The notes beneath the pieces are model-generated. The model had not been told where the DNA came from and ran no database searches. It saw nothing but the letters and a program-made list of their open reading frames with translations. Shown here piece after piece: positions 50,085-61,884 of a stretch of 64,000 bases of DNA. The stretch spans positions 24,056,001 to 24,120,000 of the forward strand of contig NC_043007.1 of NCBI RefSeq assembly GCF_006345805.1, read 5' to 3'. The position numbers and the translations under genes are program-made. Origin of the DNA: Octopus sinensis. Taxonomy: Eukaryota. The stretch's first letter is position 1. Every line of letters starts with the position of its first letter.

Positions 50085-50775
50085 CTGGTGTAGCTGTATG
50101 GTAAGAAACTTGCTTCTTAACCACATGGTTCTGGGTTCAATTCTATTGCATGGCACCTCGGACAAGTGTCTTCTACTATAACTTTGTGGAAATTGCAAGA
50201 AGCCCTTCGTATATATATATATACACATATATATATCACCGTCACCGTGACCGATCAGGCTATCAGATGTTGCTACACATCGCTGGTCACAATGCGCTTC
50301 GCATTGTTTTAGCCTTCAAATGACGCCACCCCGCTGACTAAGCGAGCAGGCCAACAGAAGAAAGAGTGAGAGAAAGTTGGGGCGAAAGAGTACAGCAGGG
50401 ATCGCCACCACCCCCTGCCGGAGCCTCGTGGAGCTTTAGATGTTTGCGCTCAATAAACACTCACAATGCCCGGTCTGGGAATTGAAACCGTGATCCTACG
50501 ACCGTGAGTCTGCTGCTCTAACCACTTGGCCATTGCGCCTCCTTATATATATGTATGTGTGTGTGTCTGTCTGTCTGTTTGTCTCCTGCCACTGCTTGAC
50601 AACTGGTGTTAGTGTGTTTATGTCCCCGTAACTTAGTGGTTCGGCAAAAGAGGCCAATAGAGTAAGTGCCAGGCTTTAAAAGAATAAGCGCTGAGGTTGA
50701 TTCATTTTACTATAAACTCTTCCAGCATGGTACTCCAGCATGGCCGCAGTCTAATAATGACTGAAACAAGTGAAA
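50085..50775 (+). mobile_element. SINE-B with a SINE-D (50236-50543, -) nested in its TA tract
   Basis: 5' half and 3' half of SINE-B flank an inverted SINE-D. Confidence 0.8.
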
Positions 50776-51412
50776 GATCAAAGACTCACATTGATGTCAG
50801 ATTTGCTTTTCAAATTTTGAGGGTTGATAAAATAAAAGTACCACAGTCAAGTACTGAGGTTGATTTAATTGGCTTATTATACAGGTGTCTTGTGGACCTT
50901 CTTCAAAGCAAGAAAGAAGCCGAGAATACTTTCTACTCTAGACACAAGGTCTGAAATTTTGGGGGAGGCGGCCAGTCAATTAGATCGACCCCAGTTTGCA
51001 ACTGGTACTTAATTTATCGACCCTGAAAGGATGAAAGGCAAAGTTGACCTCGGCGGAATTTGAACTCAGAACGTAACGACAGATGAAATACTGCCAAGCA
51101 TTTTGCCTGGCGTGCCAACATTTCTGCCAGCTCACCGCCTTTAGAAACAAACTGAGAATGTTGAATCTTTTTTAAGTATTACCTTCGCATAATCTTTTGA
51201 CACTCTCTGAAGATATGTGCCCTAATTAGAAATAACATCACAAAAGTCATACCAATTCAAGCTTGACTTTTATTGCTTGTATAACTATGCCATTTTATTA
51301 TAAGTTGGAAGTGATTACTGTTGAAACGTTCTTGTCCTGTACTTGTTGAAAGTGGGTCGTGTTTACAGTTCTTTATTGCTCTTGTTTCATTACGTTTATA
51401 CATACCTGTTGG

Positions 51413-51829
51413 CACAGGTGTGGCTGCATGGTAAAAAGCTTGTTTCTCAACCACATGGTTCCGGGTTCAGTCCCACTGTGTGGCACTTTGAGCAAGTGTC
51501 TTCTACTATAGCACAGGGCCGGCAAAAAACTTGTGAGTGGATTTGGTAGACAGAACCTTGAAGAAGCCTTGAAGAAAGGCGGCGAGCTGGCAGAAACGTT
51601 AGCACGCCGGGCAAAATGCTTAGCGGTATTTCGTATGCCACTACGTTCTGAGTTCAAATTCCGCCAAGGTCGACTTTGCCTTTCATCCTTTCGGGGTCAA
51701 TTAAGTAAGTATCAGTTACGCATTGGGGTCGATATAATCAACTTAATCCGTCTGTCTGTCCTTGTTTGTCCCCTCTGTGTGTAGCCCCATGTGGACAGTA
51801 AAGAAATAAGAAACTTGAAGAAGCCTGTC

Positions 51830-51861
<32 letters not shown>

Positions 51862-52075
51862 TTGTATCTGTTTTTGTCACCTCCCCCATCACTGTTTGAC
51901 AACTGATGTTGGTATGTTTACATCCCTGTAACTCAGCAGTTCAGCAAAGGAGACTGATAGAATAAGTACTAGGCTTACGAAATAAGTCCTGGTGTTGGTT
52001 TGTTTGACTAAAACCCTTCAAGGCAGTGCTCCAGCATGGCTGCAGTCAAATGACTGAAACAAGTAAAAGAATAAA
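51413..52075 (+). mobile_element. SINE-B with nested SINE-A (51577-51809)
   Basis: AGAA(C/A)CTTGAAGAAGCC duplicated on both sides of the SINE-A insert. Confidence 0.8.
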
Positions 52076-52824
52076 ACCCTTGTCAGCTGGCAAGAGGTTC
52101 TTGTATGTCTCTGGTTAATTTAACCCTTTAGCGTTCAAATTATTCTGTCACAAGTAATGCTTATCTAGTCATTGTTCTGAATTAATCATGCATTATTTTG
52201 TAGCTTAAAGATTTTGATGATGTCATTGTTTACCTTTAAGGATGACATTGTGGGGTAGGTGTGAGGAGCTGGATCTGCCCAGCTTGAAAATAAAAACAAG
52301 TGGAATATTTCAGCTAGATATGGCTGGTTTAAATGCTAAAGGGTTACTCTTTACCTATTCTATCGGTCTCTTTTGCCGAACCGCTAAGTGATGGGGACGT
52401 AAACACAACAGCATCGGTTGTCAAGCAATGCTAGGGGGACAAACACACACACACATACACACATATATATACATATATACGACAGGCTTCTTTCAGTTTC
52501 CGTCTACCAAATCCACTCACAAGGCATTGGTCGGCCCGGGGCAATAGCAGAAGACACTTGCCCAAGATGCCACGCAATGGGACTGAACCCGGAACCATGT
52601 GGTTGGTTAGCAAGCTACTTACCATACAGCCACTCCTGTTAATAAAGCAATTACTAATCAATTAATTATAGTTTCATTAGTTCTGCAAATTATTCAGAGT
52701 ATAATTGAACATTTTATCAACATTTTAATAGGTAAGTATTTTCTCAACATTTTCAAGGTATTAAAATATTTCTTAAATTGATGGCAACTGTTAAAATGAT
52801 GATTTTTCTCTATTTATTTTACAG

Positions 52825-52882
52825 TGTTTGATCTCCACATGAAGTTGGATGGGGTGCAAGAAATGAAAAGAGGAAGAAATTC
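52825..52882 (+). CDS. ADSS: ADSS exon 4 (V-FDLHMKLDGVQEMKRGRN-S)
   Basis: ttttacag| acceptor, 58 nt, phase 1 to 2, TC|gtgagt donor. Confidence 0.93.
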
Positions 52883-53072
52883 GTGAGTAATTTTTTTAAC
52901 AACAAAATTTCAAACTAAGCCAACTCTTGATTTACATGAGGATGTTTTTGGATTTTGTTTCCTTTGTTGGTGCCAACTTGGAAATCTGTATGTATATTGA
53001 CGAGGTTTTGCTGTACGTCAATTTGAATCAGTAATTTTTAAATTTTTTATTGTATTTCACTCCATATATTAA

Positions 53073-53293
53073 CCTTTTCGTTACTGAATTTATTTTGAGA
53101 TGCTCAGTGTTTCTTCCAATTATTTTAAATATAACAAAGAATTAAGTAAAATAACATTGTTATCATTAAGCTAGAGTTAGAGACATAAATTGAGACTAAG
53201 GTTTGGTGGAAGGTTTTAATTCAGAACTTTTGAAAACCAGACATTTGTACTAAAGAGCCAGAGCCGGTTTCGGCCGGGTTGGTAACGAAAGGG
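53073..53293. mobile_element. TTAA-TSD MITE (piggyBac-like ends); second copy at 63904 to the window end
   Basis: TTAA|CCTTTTCGTTAC...GTAACGAAAGGG|TTAA. The related copy TTAA|CCCTTTCATTACC starts at 63904. Confidence 0.75.
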
Positions 53294-53959
53294 TTAAAAC
53301 TCCAGTGCTTTTTTGTCAAGCATAACTGCTATTCATAATCCTTCTTTTCCAGAACATTCGGAGAGGCACTGAGCACCTACACGCACACATATACACACAC
53401 GGGAGTAACTTCCGCCTACCGAATTCAATCACAAAGCTTCGGTCGGCCCGAGGCTATAGTAGAAGACACTTGCCCAAAGTGCCATGCGAACCTGAAAACC
53501 ATGTAGCTAGGAAGCAAGCTCCCTAACCACACAGCTATGCCCGCGCCTCTCTTCAAAATTCCTTCCTTGTCCGTGTTTTCTTGCAATCATTAACTTACCA
53601 ACAACATCAGTTGCATTAAGTCTCACTGCTTTTGAAATGAAAAACATGAAAAAAATTTTCAAGTTGGATTGTCCCTCCCTTCAATTCTACCACTACTAGA
53701 TATTATATTTTCTGATGAGGAAGAAATAATTGTCATTTAACTCATTAACCCTTTAGTATTTGCATTATTCTATCAAAAGTAATGCTTATTTATTCACATG
53801 GTTTAAAATTAATCCTGCTTTGAGATTTTGATGAAGTAACTATTCATTTTTAGAATGATATAGTAGGGCTGGTGTAAGAGGCCAGATCTGGCCAATTTAA
53901 AACAGGAGAGAATATTTTGGCCGGATATGGCCGATTTAAATGCTAAAGGGATATGATAA

Positions 53960-54300
53960 CTCATGGAATTCTCTTCAATGTGGAGAATGTAGAGAAAAAG
54001 TAAAGCTTGGAAAGAAATGAAGCATTCATGGCACTGCTGGAGATGTAATGTTTGTGTGAATGAATGATGGAATGCAAATGAGCTGAGAGAAAGAGCAGCT
54101 TGAAGATGAATCAGATGTAGTGTATAAGAGAGAAGACTGCTTTGATAATGGATATATAATGCAGAAGGTGACGGCTGGGTAGTGAATTGTCAAAGCAGTG
54201 TCCAAGTGGGAAGAACTAAGTGAGCTATAGGAAAAAGTAATGGGAGGCCTGTGGCTGAACCTTAAAAGGAAGATGACAAAATGTGAGAAGATGCTGTCCT
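53960..54300 (+). mobile_element. Highly decayed RTE-like LINE 3' fragment
   Basis: Composition and residual motifs resemble RTE ORF ends. No intact frame. Confidence 0.35.
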
Positions 54301-54307
54301 TGTTTAA

Positions 54308-54519
54308 CCCTTTAGCATTTAAACCGGCCAAAAGTATTCTGCCTGTTTTATGTTCAAACTGGCCATATCTGGTCTCTCACACCAACCCTACAATATCATT
54401 TTAGAAATTAACAGTTACCTCATCAAAATCTCATAGCTACAAGATAATGCATGATTAGTTCAAAACAATGTGGATAAAAAAAGGATTAATTTTGGCAGAA
54501 TAATGCAAACACTAAAGGG
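54308..54519. mobile_element. TTAA-TSD MITE family CCCTTTAGCATT (also 30260-30469, 52124-52343, 53749-53950, partial at 3260)
   Basis: TTAA|CCCTTTAGCATT...ACTAAAGGG|TTAA ends and a shared internal sequence in four copies. Confidence 0.8.
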
Positions 54520-54569
54520 TTAAACCCTTTCAGGTATTGAAAGACAATATAAACTCATGTAATTTTCTC

Positions 54570-54715
54570 CTCTCCATACACACGCAAGCATGTATCTGAC
54601 TCATATACTGTTCACTTCCCAGACATTTGTACATTACTGCATATGCTTTATACGCACTTTTGACAAGTTGTAGTGCACCTGAGCACTGTATACAATAATT
54701 TCATTATTATATTAT
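54570..54715 (+). mobile_element. LINE-like 3' end with (ATT)n tail (also about 25540-25600)
   Basis: Shared GTGC(A/G)CCTGAGCACTGTATRCAATAATTTCATTATTAT terminus in two places. Confidence 0.5.
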
Positions 54716-55308
54716 TGTAATTAGTGAAAGACAGATACTATATTTGAGAGAAAAGAAAATGCCTCAAAAAGAGAAAAATCACCTTGGGTCCTTTAAATAC
54801 TGTGCTTCAATGTACAAAAAACGTTTTACTTAAATACATGCTGCTGAAACTAGGATGTGTTAGATATGGCCCTGTATCCTTTATTCCATCAAAAAATAAC
54901 TGAAGGCCTACTTGGTGAGAAGGGAGATAATGCAGTTGACCATAAATATTGCAGAAATTTATCATCTGTTGTTCCTTTTTCAATTAACCTTACACTGATA
55001 TAAACTCCTGTATAAACTAAATGATGGGTTTCCTCACAGTTTCCACCTATGAAATTTCAATCAATTATATTGGCCAACTTGGGACTATGGTAAGAAGATG
55101 CTTGCCCAAGGTGCTGCACCGTGAGATTGAACTTAGAACCACATGATTGCATAGAAAATTTCTTAATCATATATATGACCATGCCGCTGCTCATCATATG
55201 TTTGTTTTGCTTCAGTATTTTGGTTTGAGCTGTCTTCTCCTTTGATTCAAATTATTTGTCATGTTTTTGTTGTGTGTCTCATTATCTACTTACCTTTTTC
55301 TCTTTTAG

Positions 55309-55354
55309 AATTGGAACCACTAAGAAAGGAATCGGTCCAACATATGCCTCTAAG
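55309..55354 (+). CDS. ADSS: ADSS exon 5 (S-IGTTKKGIGPTYASK)
   Basis: cttttag| acceptor, 46 nt, AAG|gtatgc donor. Contains the IGTTxxGIGPxY IMP-binding motif. Confidence 0.96.
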
Positions 55355-56667
55355 GTATGCAAAATCTGTTGTTGATTCTAAAATTCTAGTAACTTCTGGC
55401 ATTCTAATGATTTTTTATATATATAAGAAAAACAGTTTCATAAAATGAATAGTTTAACCAGAAGTCTAATTTGTAATTGCTTTCTTCACATTTTGATTCT
55501 CCTGAGCAACATCTTGGGAATGTGTGTATGTCGTCTAACATTTTTTGGTCGGCTAAAGCCATCAAAGCGCAATAGAGTTAACAGAAACTGTAGATGACCA
55601 TCAAACAGACTTGAGTTGCTCTTGAGTGGTAGACTGTCTAACATCACCATTTGGCCCGTGTGAGCCTTCAGTGACTAGTCCAAAGCTGCTAGTCTGGGAT
55701 AACTCTACCCCTCATAAATGTTAGAGGTCTATGGCTAACCCATTTATGAGATCTTATATGAGAAGCTATCATTCAGTCTTGTCTTTTATTTAGATATAAT
55801 ATATTATCCAATATCCAGTTTAACTTTTCTTTTTTTTATGGGTGTTTAGCTGCAATTTTTAGCAGGTTGAGTGAGCTTGTAGAGAATCCCTTGTTTGTAT
55901 GTGAAAAGTTTTCTCGTTAGAATTTTGACTGAAGTTTTATTTTTTTTCAATCAAAATGAAAAATGAAAGAGTATTAATCAACCAGTAATCTTCTATATGG
56001 TCAATTAACCTGCTAGAAATAGCAGCTGAATCTCCCATAAAACATATTCTTTTGTCTGAAAAATGATGGACATTGGATAATATCTCTAAATAAAATATAA
56101 AATACTAATGGCTTGAATTTGGTAATGTGTCTGCAGATTCAAGAGATGACTTGGTATTAAACATTACCAGCAGCCAACATATATTGGTCTTTTGTTGAAG
56201 CATTTTCTAAACACCAGTTTCATAATTGCAGTAAAGTTATTCATTCAGAACAATAAACTTAATTATTTTATTAAATATCCTCCAAATTCTTGATAATTTT
56301 TCAAACTTTTTTGCATTTATTTAAAATTAACTGGTTGGTTGCCAAGTTAATATATTCCTTGGTGATATTAACATATCTCCTGTGGGAGCCTCTACATGAT
56401 TGTTTGACCTGCTAAACAGTCACCAATTCTCCCTCAAATCACATCCCTGCTATTTCAAAAGAGAAAATAAAACAGTGGGGTGCATTGGATATATTATCAA
56501 CACTATCCTAGGATAATAAAGGTGGGGTTCTCAAAGCTAGAATTCCTTTTCATGATATCTGTTCAGCCAATGCTGACCTGAAATCTTGAGACTTCTCTAT
56601 ACAATATATGTATATATACACATATTGTATGTACATAAACTAAATAATGTTTTAATATGATTGCTAG

Positions 56668-56729
56668 GCAACAAGGAATGGTCTGCGTATGTGTGATCTT
56701 GTTGGTGATTTTAACCTATTTACAGAAAG
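56668..56729 (+). CDS. ADSS: ADSS exon 6 (ATRNGLRMCDLVGDFNLFTE-R)
   Basis: ttgctag| acceptor, 62 nt, AG|gtaagt donor. Contains the RxGLRMCDL motif. Confidence 0.95.
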
Positions 56730-56844
56730 GTAAGTATTTTCATGTCAATGATTTTGCTGTTGATATTTTCTTTATAACTTTATTAAAATAGAATTGTTAT
56801 ATTTTCACTTTATTGTTGTTTCTGTGGAGCATATTTAATATATA

Positions 56845-58709
56845 CCATATACACTCAAGTTAAAGTCGATTAAAAAAATTTTTTAAAGCAGCTTTTCGGG
56901 GGTGAGTTTAAAAAGTAAGGTGTCAACTATTGCATGAGCCTTAACTTTAAAGGGTCTAAAATTCATATGTGAATCCATAATATATCATTGGTGAAGTTCT
57001 TATTATGTAAATGGTTAAAAAGTATATGAATTGTAGTGTTGATTGTTCATTGAAAAACACATCTTACAATCATCATCGTTTAACATTAATTCTCTATGCT
57101 GGTATGGGTTGGATGGATTGACAGGATCAAGTGAGCTGCAAGGTTGCACCGAGTTCCTGCGTCAGTTTGGCATGGTTTCTTTGGCTGGATGCCTATTCCT
57201 TAATGCCACACTTTACAGTGTGTACTAGGTGCCATCAGGGTTAGTAAGGTTGCTGAGTAACTAGCAAGAGAAGAAAAGAACAAGAAAAAAATAAATAAAA
57301 TAGTTTTCTCAACTAAGTGGGGAATGTACAGTGTGAACCAAAAGTCACGCACAAAATATGTTCAAAATGCTCTGGAGTTGCTAAAGACATGCTTCAGTTT
57401 TTCTAAAATTGAATGAAATAGAATAGTGATGAATACACATGCTTGTACATGATGAATGAATATCATCATCGTTTAACGTCCGCTTTCCATGCTGGCATGG
57501 GTTGGACGGTTCAACTGGGGTCTGGGAAGCCAGAAGGCTGCACCAGGCCCAGTCTGATCTGGCAATGTTTCTACAGCTGGATGCCCTTCCTAATGCCAAC
57601 CACTCCGTGAGTGTAGTGGGTGCTTTTTACGTGCCACCGGCACAGGTACCAGGCAAGGCTGGCAACGGCCACAATCGGATGGTGCTTTTTACGTGCCACC
57701 GGCACGGAGGCTTGTCAGGGCGGCACTGGCTACGACAACGTTTGGATGGTTCTCTTACGTGCCACCGGCAATGGTATCACAGCTACAAATTCCATTAATA
57801 GTAATAATAATAATAATAATTCAACTAAATCGTCACGTTTTGGTGTGTAACTTTTGGCCCACCCTGTATTTGAGAGTAGGGAGTTGGCTTTACACTAGTT
57901 GGGAGGTTAAAGTCTGACATACAAGCACAGGTGTCTTACTATAGAGGAGATGCATGCCTACCCCACATTATATGCGGGTGGACATATATCTCCTGTATAA
58001 GTAACATTTTCAAAAATCACAGGTCACATAACCCTTGGTAAATATTTCGTCTACTTTTTGATTTTGATTTTTTCACTGGTGAAAACCTGCTACTTACCAT
58101 CCAGCACTTGTCTTAAACCTAAAAGTCCAGCCTAGTCTTCTTTAATTCCTGTTATGCATAAATTCAGATGGCTTCATAAATGTGATACATGCTCTATTTT
58201 GACAAAACTATAAAGTACATCTGCATGTACCAGGTAAATAGTACTCAATAAGTGTTCCAAGGAAACTATATCTCAGCTGATCTGTGCACAGAGAAAGACT
58301 GCAAAAAGTGTGAAATATGTAAAATTGGTGGAAGATCTTGTAAAGTAAGAAATCAGTATTTACTTTGAGAAAAATTGTGTGTTGATATAATATAATATAA
58401 ATGAATGTCCAGTTGTTATTGGCCACCAGTGTAGTGGTTACACCGTCAAATGGTAAGTTGACAAAGATTTGGTTTCAGGTTGTAATAATATGTGTCAAAA
58501 AGTATGTGAACCTTATAATATTGTTTAAGAACATTATAAAAAGGAATTTCTGTATCCTGCCCTTATATGTACAAATTCATAGGTTGATCTGTTATTTCTG
58601 AAAAGCTAAGGTTGACTTGTACTTGTGATTTAACAATTAATTTTTAACGAAAGGAAGTGGTGGAGGTAACTTCTTTCAGATGGGGTCGACTTTACTTGAG
58701 TATATATGG
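56845..58709. mobile_element. Tc2/pogo-type non-autonomous element carrying nested repeats (ADSS intron 6)
   Basis: Matching TIRs TA|CCATATACACTCAAGTTAAAGTCGA and TCGACTTTACTTGAGTATATATGG|TA. Confidence 0.6.
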
Positions 58710-59792
58710 TATATAGATATTGTTGGAATGTTGGAATATATTGTTATATGTTGTAGTGTATTGTAAACAATAAGCTCATTTTATATATATATATATATAT
58801 ATATATGTATGAATGTATATTTTATATGCACTGTTTTTACATGTGTATAAGTTGCACTATTTCATACTGGATTCTGAGAAAAGCTAAAACTATGAAGGGA
58901 AAATGTTTTGTACCAAGATTTAACACTAAATTAGGGGTATGACTTATACATGAGTAAGTACAGTATATTACATTTTAATTATATATATGTATATACATAT
59001 ATATATTTTGATGTTATCAGTACCGTTATTAATTTCTCTGGTGATTCAGATAAACAGCCTACTACTGGTACACACTGCTGTGAAACAACACAAAATCTGA
59101 GTAAGCTTTCTCATCTAGTTTGTAACCGAACAAATTTTATTTTAGAAGACTTCTACCTCCAAACAAAAAAAGAAAAAAAAGGAAGCGTTGTTTTGTTAAA
59201 TCAATTTGTTTTTGCCAGTTGCTATATTTTTACATGTTTCTCAGGGTAGTCCTACATGTTTGAGTATGGGGCTTCACATGTGGCCATTGCTTTTTGCAAG
59301 AAAGCAAGTTGCATGCACACACACATACCACACCCTACTCAAATATCTCTTATTCTCCACTTGTGAGTATATCTCTGGCTGACTTAGTAACTCTCTTGCT
59401 TGGCAAGGGTCTTAACATGCTTTTAATTCAGTGTTTTCTTATCTGTGTGTATCTATATTTGGTGGGATGGACAGTCCCTGTGATTAACTATCTTCTCTCC
59501 ATTTTCATTTTTATTCACCTTATTTTTTTTTTTTGTCCTTTCTGAAATTTGATCCATGAGTTTGTAGCAAATGCTGTTATATGAATCACTATTTTTTTTC
59601 TTTCTTTTTCTCACTGTATTGTGACAGATATAAATTCTTTGTTCTGATTTGTTGAAGTTTTGTTTTTAAATATTATACACTCCTTTATATCATTCTTGCA
59701 GGGAGTGCACAGTGAGTATTTCAGCCCCACTCTCATCTCTTTTCCACAAACATTTACACTAAACTTCAACCGTTGTTAATTTTCCATTGTAG

Positions 59793-59874
59793 ATTCAAGA
59801 ATCTCATTGACTATCACAACACCTCATGTCCGGAGCTGGCTTTGAATGTGGAAGAGGAGCTGGAAAAATACAAG
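59793..59874 (+). CDS. ADSS: ADSS exon 7 (R-FKNLIDYHNTSCPELALNVEEELEKYK)
   Basis: ccattgtag| acceptor, 82 nt, phase 2 to 0, AAG|gttggc donor. Length, phase and sequence fit the next AdSS segment. The gene continues past the window end. Confidence 0.9.
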
Positions 59875-60393
59875 GTTGGCACTTAATATTGATCTCTTTG
59901 TAGATAACAGAAAGGCAAGTTGGACAGTAATAACAGCTATGTGTAAACATTACATGCAATTCCTCTACAAGATCCATTTCTGTTCCCCACTTCTCTCATG
60001 CTTTAACCCCCTCATCCCTTAGCATAAAACTAACCCCACCCTTTTGCAGGGTTTGTAGTCTTGTGAGTTGCATGGCAATCTCACTGGTGCCAGTGGCACA
60101 AAAAAAGAGGAAAAGAAAATGACACTGCATATGCTGTGAAATGGTTGGCATTAGGAAGGGCATCAGGTTGTAGAAACCATGCCAAAGCAGGCATTGGAAT
60201 ACAATGCCGTCCTTGGAGGCATCAGATCTTGTCAAACTGCCAAACTCATCCCAGCATGAAGCATCATCATCATCATCCTTTTATGTCTATTTTCCATGCT
60301 GGCATGGGTTGGATAAATAGCTACCATTGCATCAGCCAGGAATCAAACTTGGGCTGCCCACATGACAGGTGAGCATTCTACCAGATGATTATC

Positions 60394-60412
60394 ACACACA
60401 CACACACACACA

Positions 60413-60471
<59 letters not shown>

Positions 60472-60473
60472 AC
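60394..60473. repeat. (CA)n microsatellite
   Basis: Direct reading. Confidence 0.95.
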
Positions 60474-61587
60474 ATATATTACTTTATTTTCCGTTTTTTT
60501 CTCCCTTGTGTAGATCTTGTGCAGCCAAAATAGTGGGATAATTCCTAGTGACATAAAATGGTAGTTGATGCATTAATAAAAATAAGTTTCTAAGTGCAGC
60601 AACAAGACATGACAGGTTTTAAGATTACAACATTTAAGAGCAAGCTTTTATGTGACTGTGAATGCAAGGTCATTTTAAATGCCACACATGTTTAGAGTGG
60701 ATAATTTTGCTGTGGTAAAAATGAGAGAAATAAACAGAGTTTTTAAGTGAACTGACAGAAATGAGTTGCTGTTTGTTGTATTCATTCAGCTAAGCATGTA
60801 CGAAATCTCATGTTGAGGTGAACAACAAAGAGTCTTGCTTGAAGTAGAAATTTTGTTAATGCTACGGATGTGAAAGAATGTGTAGCTAATCTGTGAATGT
60901 TTATATTGGTTTGTAACAGTTATGTAAGCTGCCATGGTTTGTGTCTTTAATAGTTGTGCATTCACTTATCTATCCTTATTCATGCAACCTGTGTGAATTT
61001 GGCTTAGTTATGCTAAAAAACAAAAAAATATGTAAGGCGCAGGAGTGGCTGTGTGGTAAGTAGCTTGTTTACCAACCACATGGTTCCGGGTTCAGTCCCA
61101 CTGCATGGCACCTTGGGCAAGTGTCTTCTGCTATAGCCTCGGGCCAACCAAAGCCTTGTGAGTGGATTTGGTAGACGGAAACTGAAAGAAGCCCGTCGTA
61201 TATATGTATATATATATATATATGTGTGTGTCTGTGTCTGTGTTTGTCCCTCTAGCATTGCTTGACAACCGATGCTGGTGTGTTTACGTCCCCGTCACTT
61301 AGCGGTTCGTCAAAAGAGACCGATAGAATAAGTACTAGGCTTACAAAAGAATAAGTCCCGGGGTCAATTTGCTCGACTAAAAGCAGTGCTCCAGCATGGC
61401 CGCAGTCAAATGACTGAAACAAGTAAAAGAGAGAAAGAGAGCTTGTGGTAGCTGCTGATAAATCTGTAAATGGCTTGTGACAAATAAAACTGTGAATTCC
61501 CAACGTATCATGTTCAGTGGAGAAGTTAGATTTACACGATTACAACACTGGTGTGTAAAGAAGTGGTATGTAACTTCCTGAATAGTT

Positions 61588-61884
61588 TTTTTTTTCATTA
61601 AGAGTAGAGTCCACAGTGATCCATAGGTAGGAGAGGTGCAGCCGGAGGGTAAGTGTCCATAAGAGAATCCGTAAAGGGTAGATAGGTAGAAAGTCCAGTG
61701 GAGAAGTTCGTGTGTGATAAGAGATGACAGGATCAACTGGTGTGACCACGTGAGCGTGTGATATATGGGAAGGGTTCACGAAAAAAACAAGGAAGACAGG
61801 TGGTGTAGAAAACAAACAGATGTATTATCTGTTTGTTTTCTACACCACCTGTCTTCGTCTTTTGTTTTTTTTTTTGTGAACTCT
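61588..61884. mobile_element. Retro-insertion with 13-bp TSD and terminal inverted segment (Penelope-like architecture)
   Basis: TTCCTGAATAGTT at 61575-61587 and 61885-61897. Perfect 30-bp inverted repeat 61792-61821 / 61827-61856. T-run at the left end. Confidence 0.6.
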
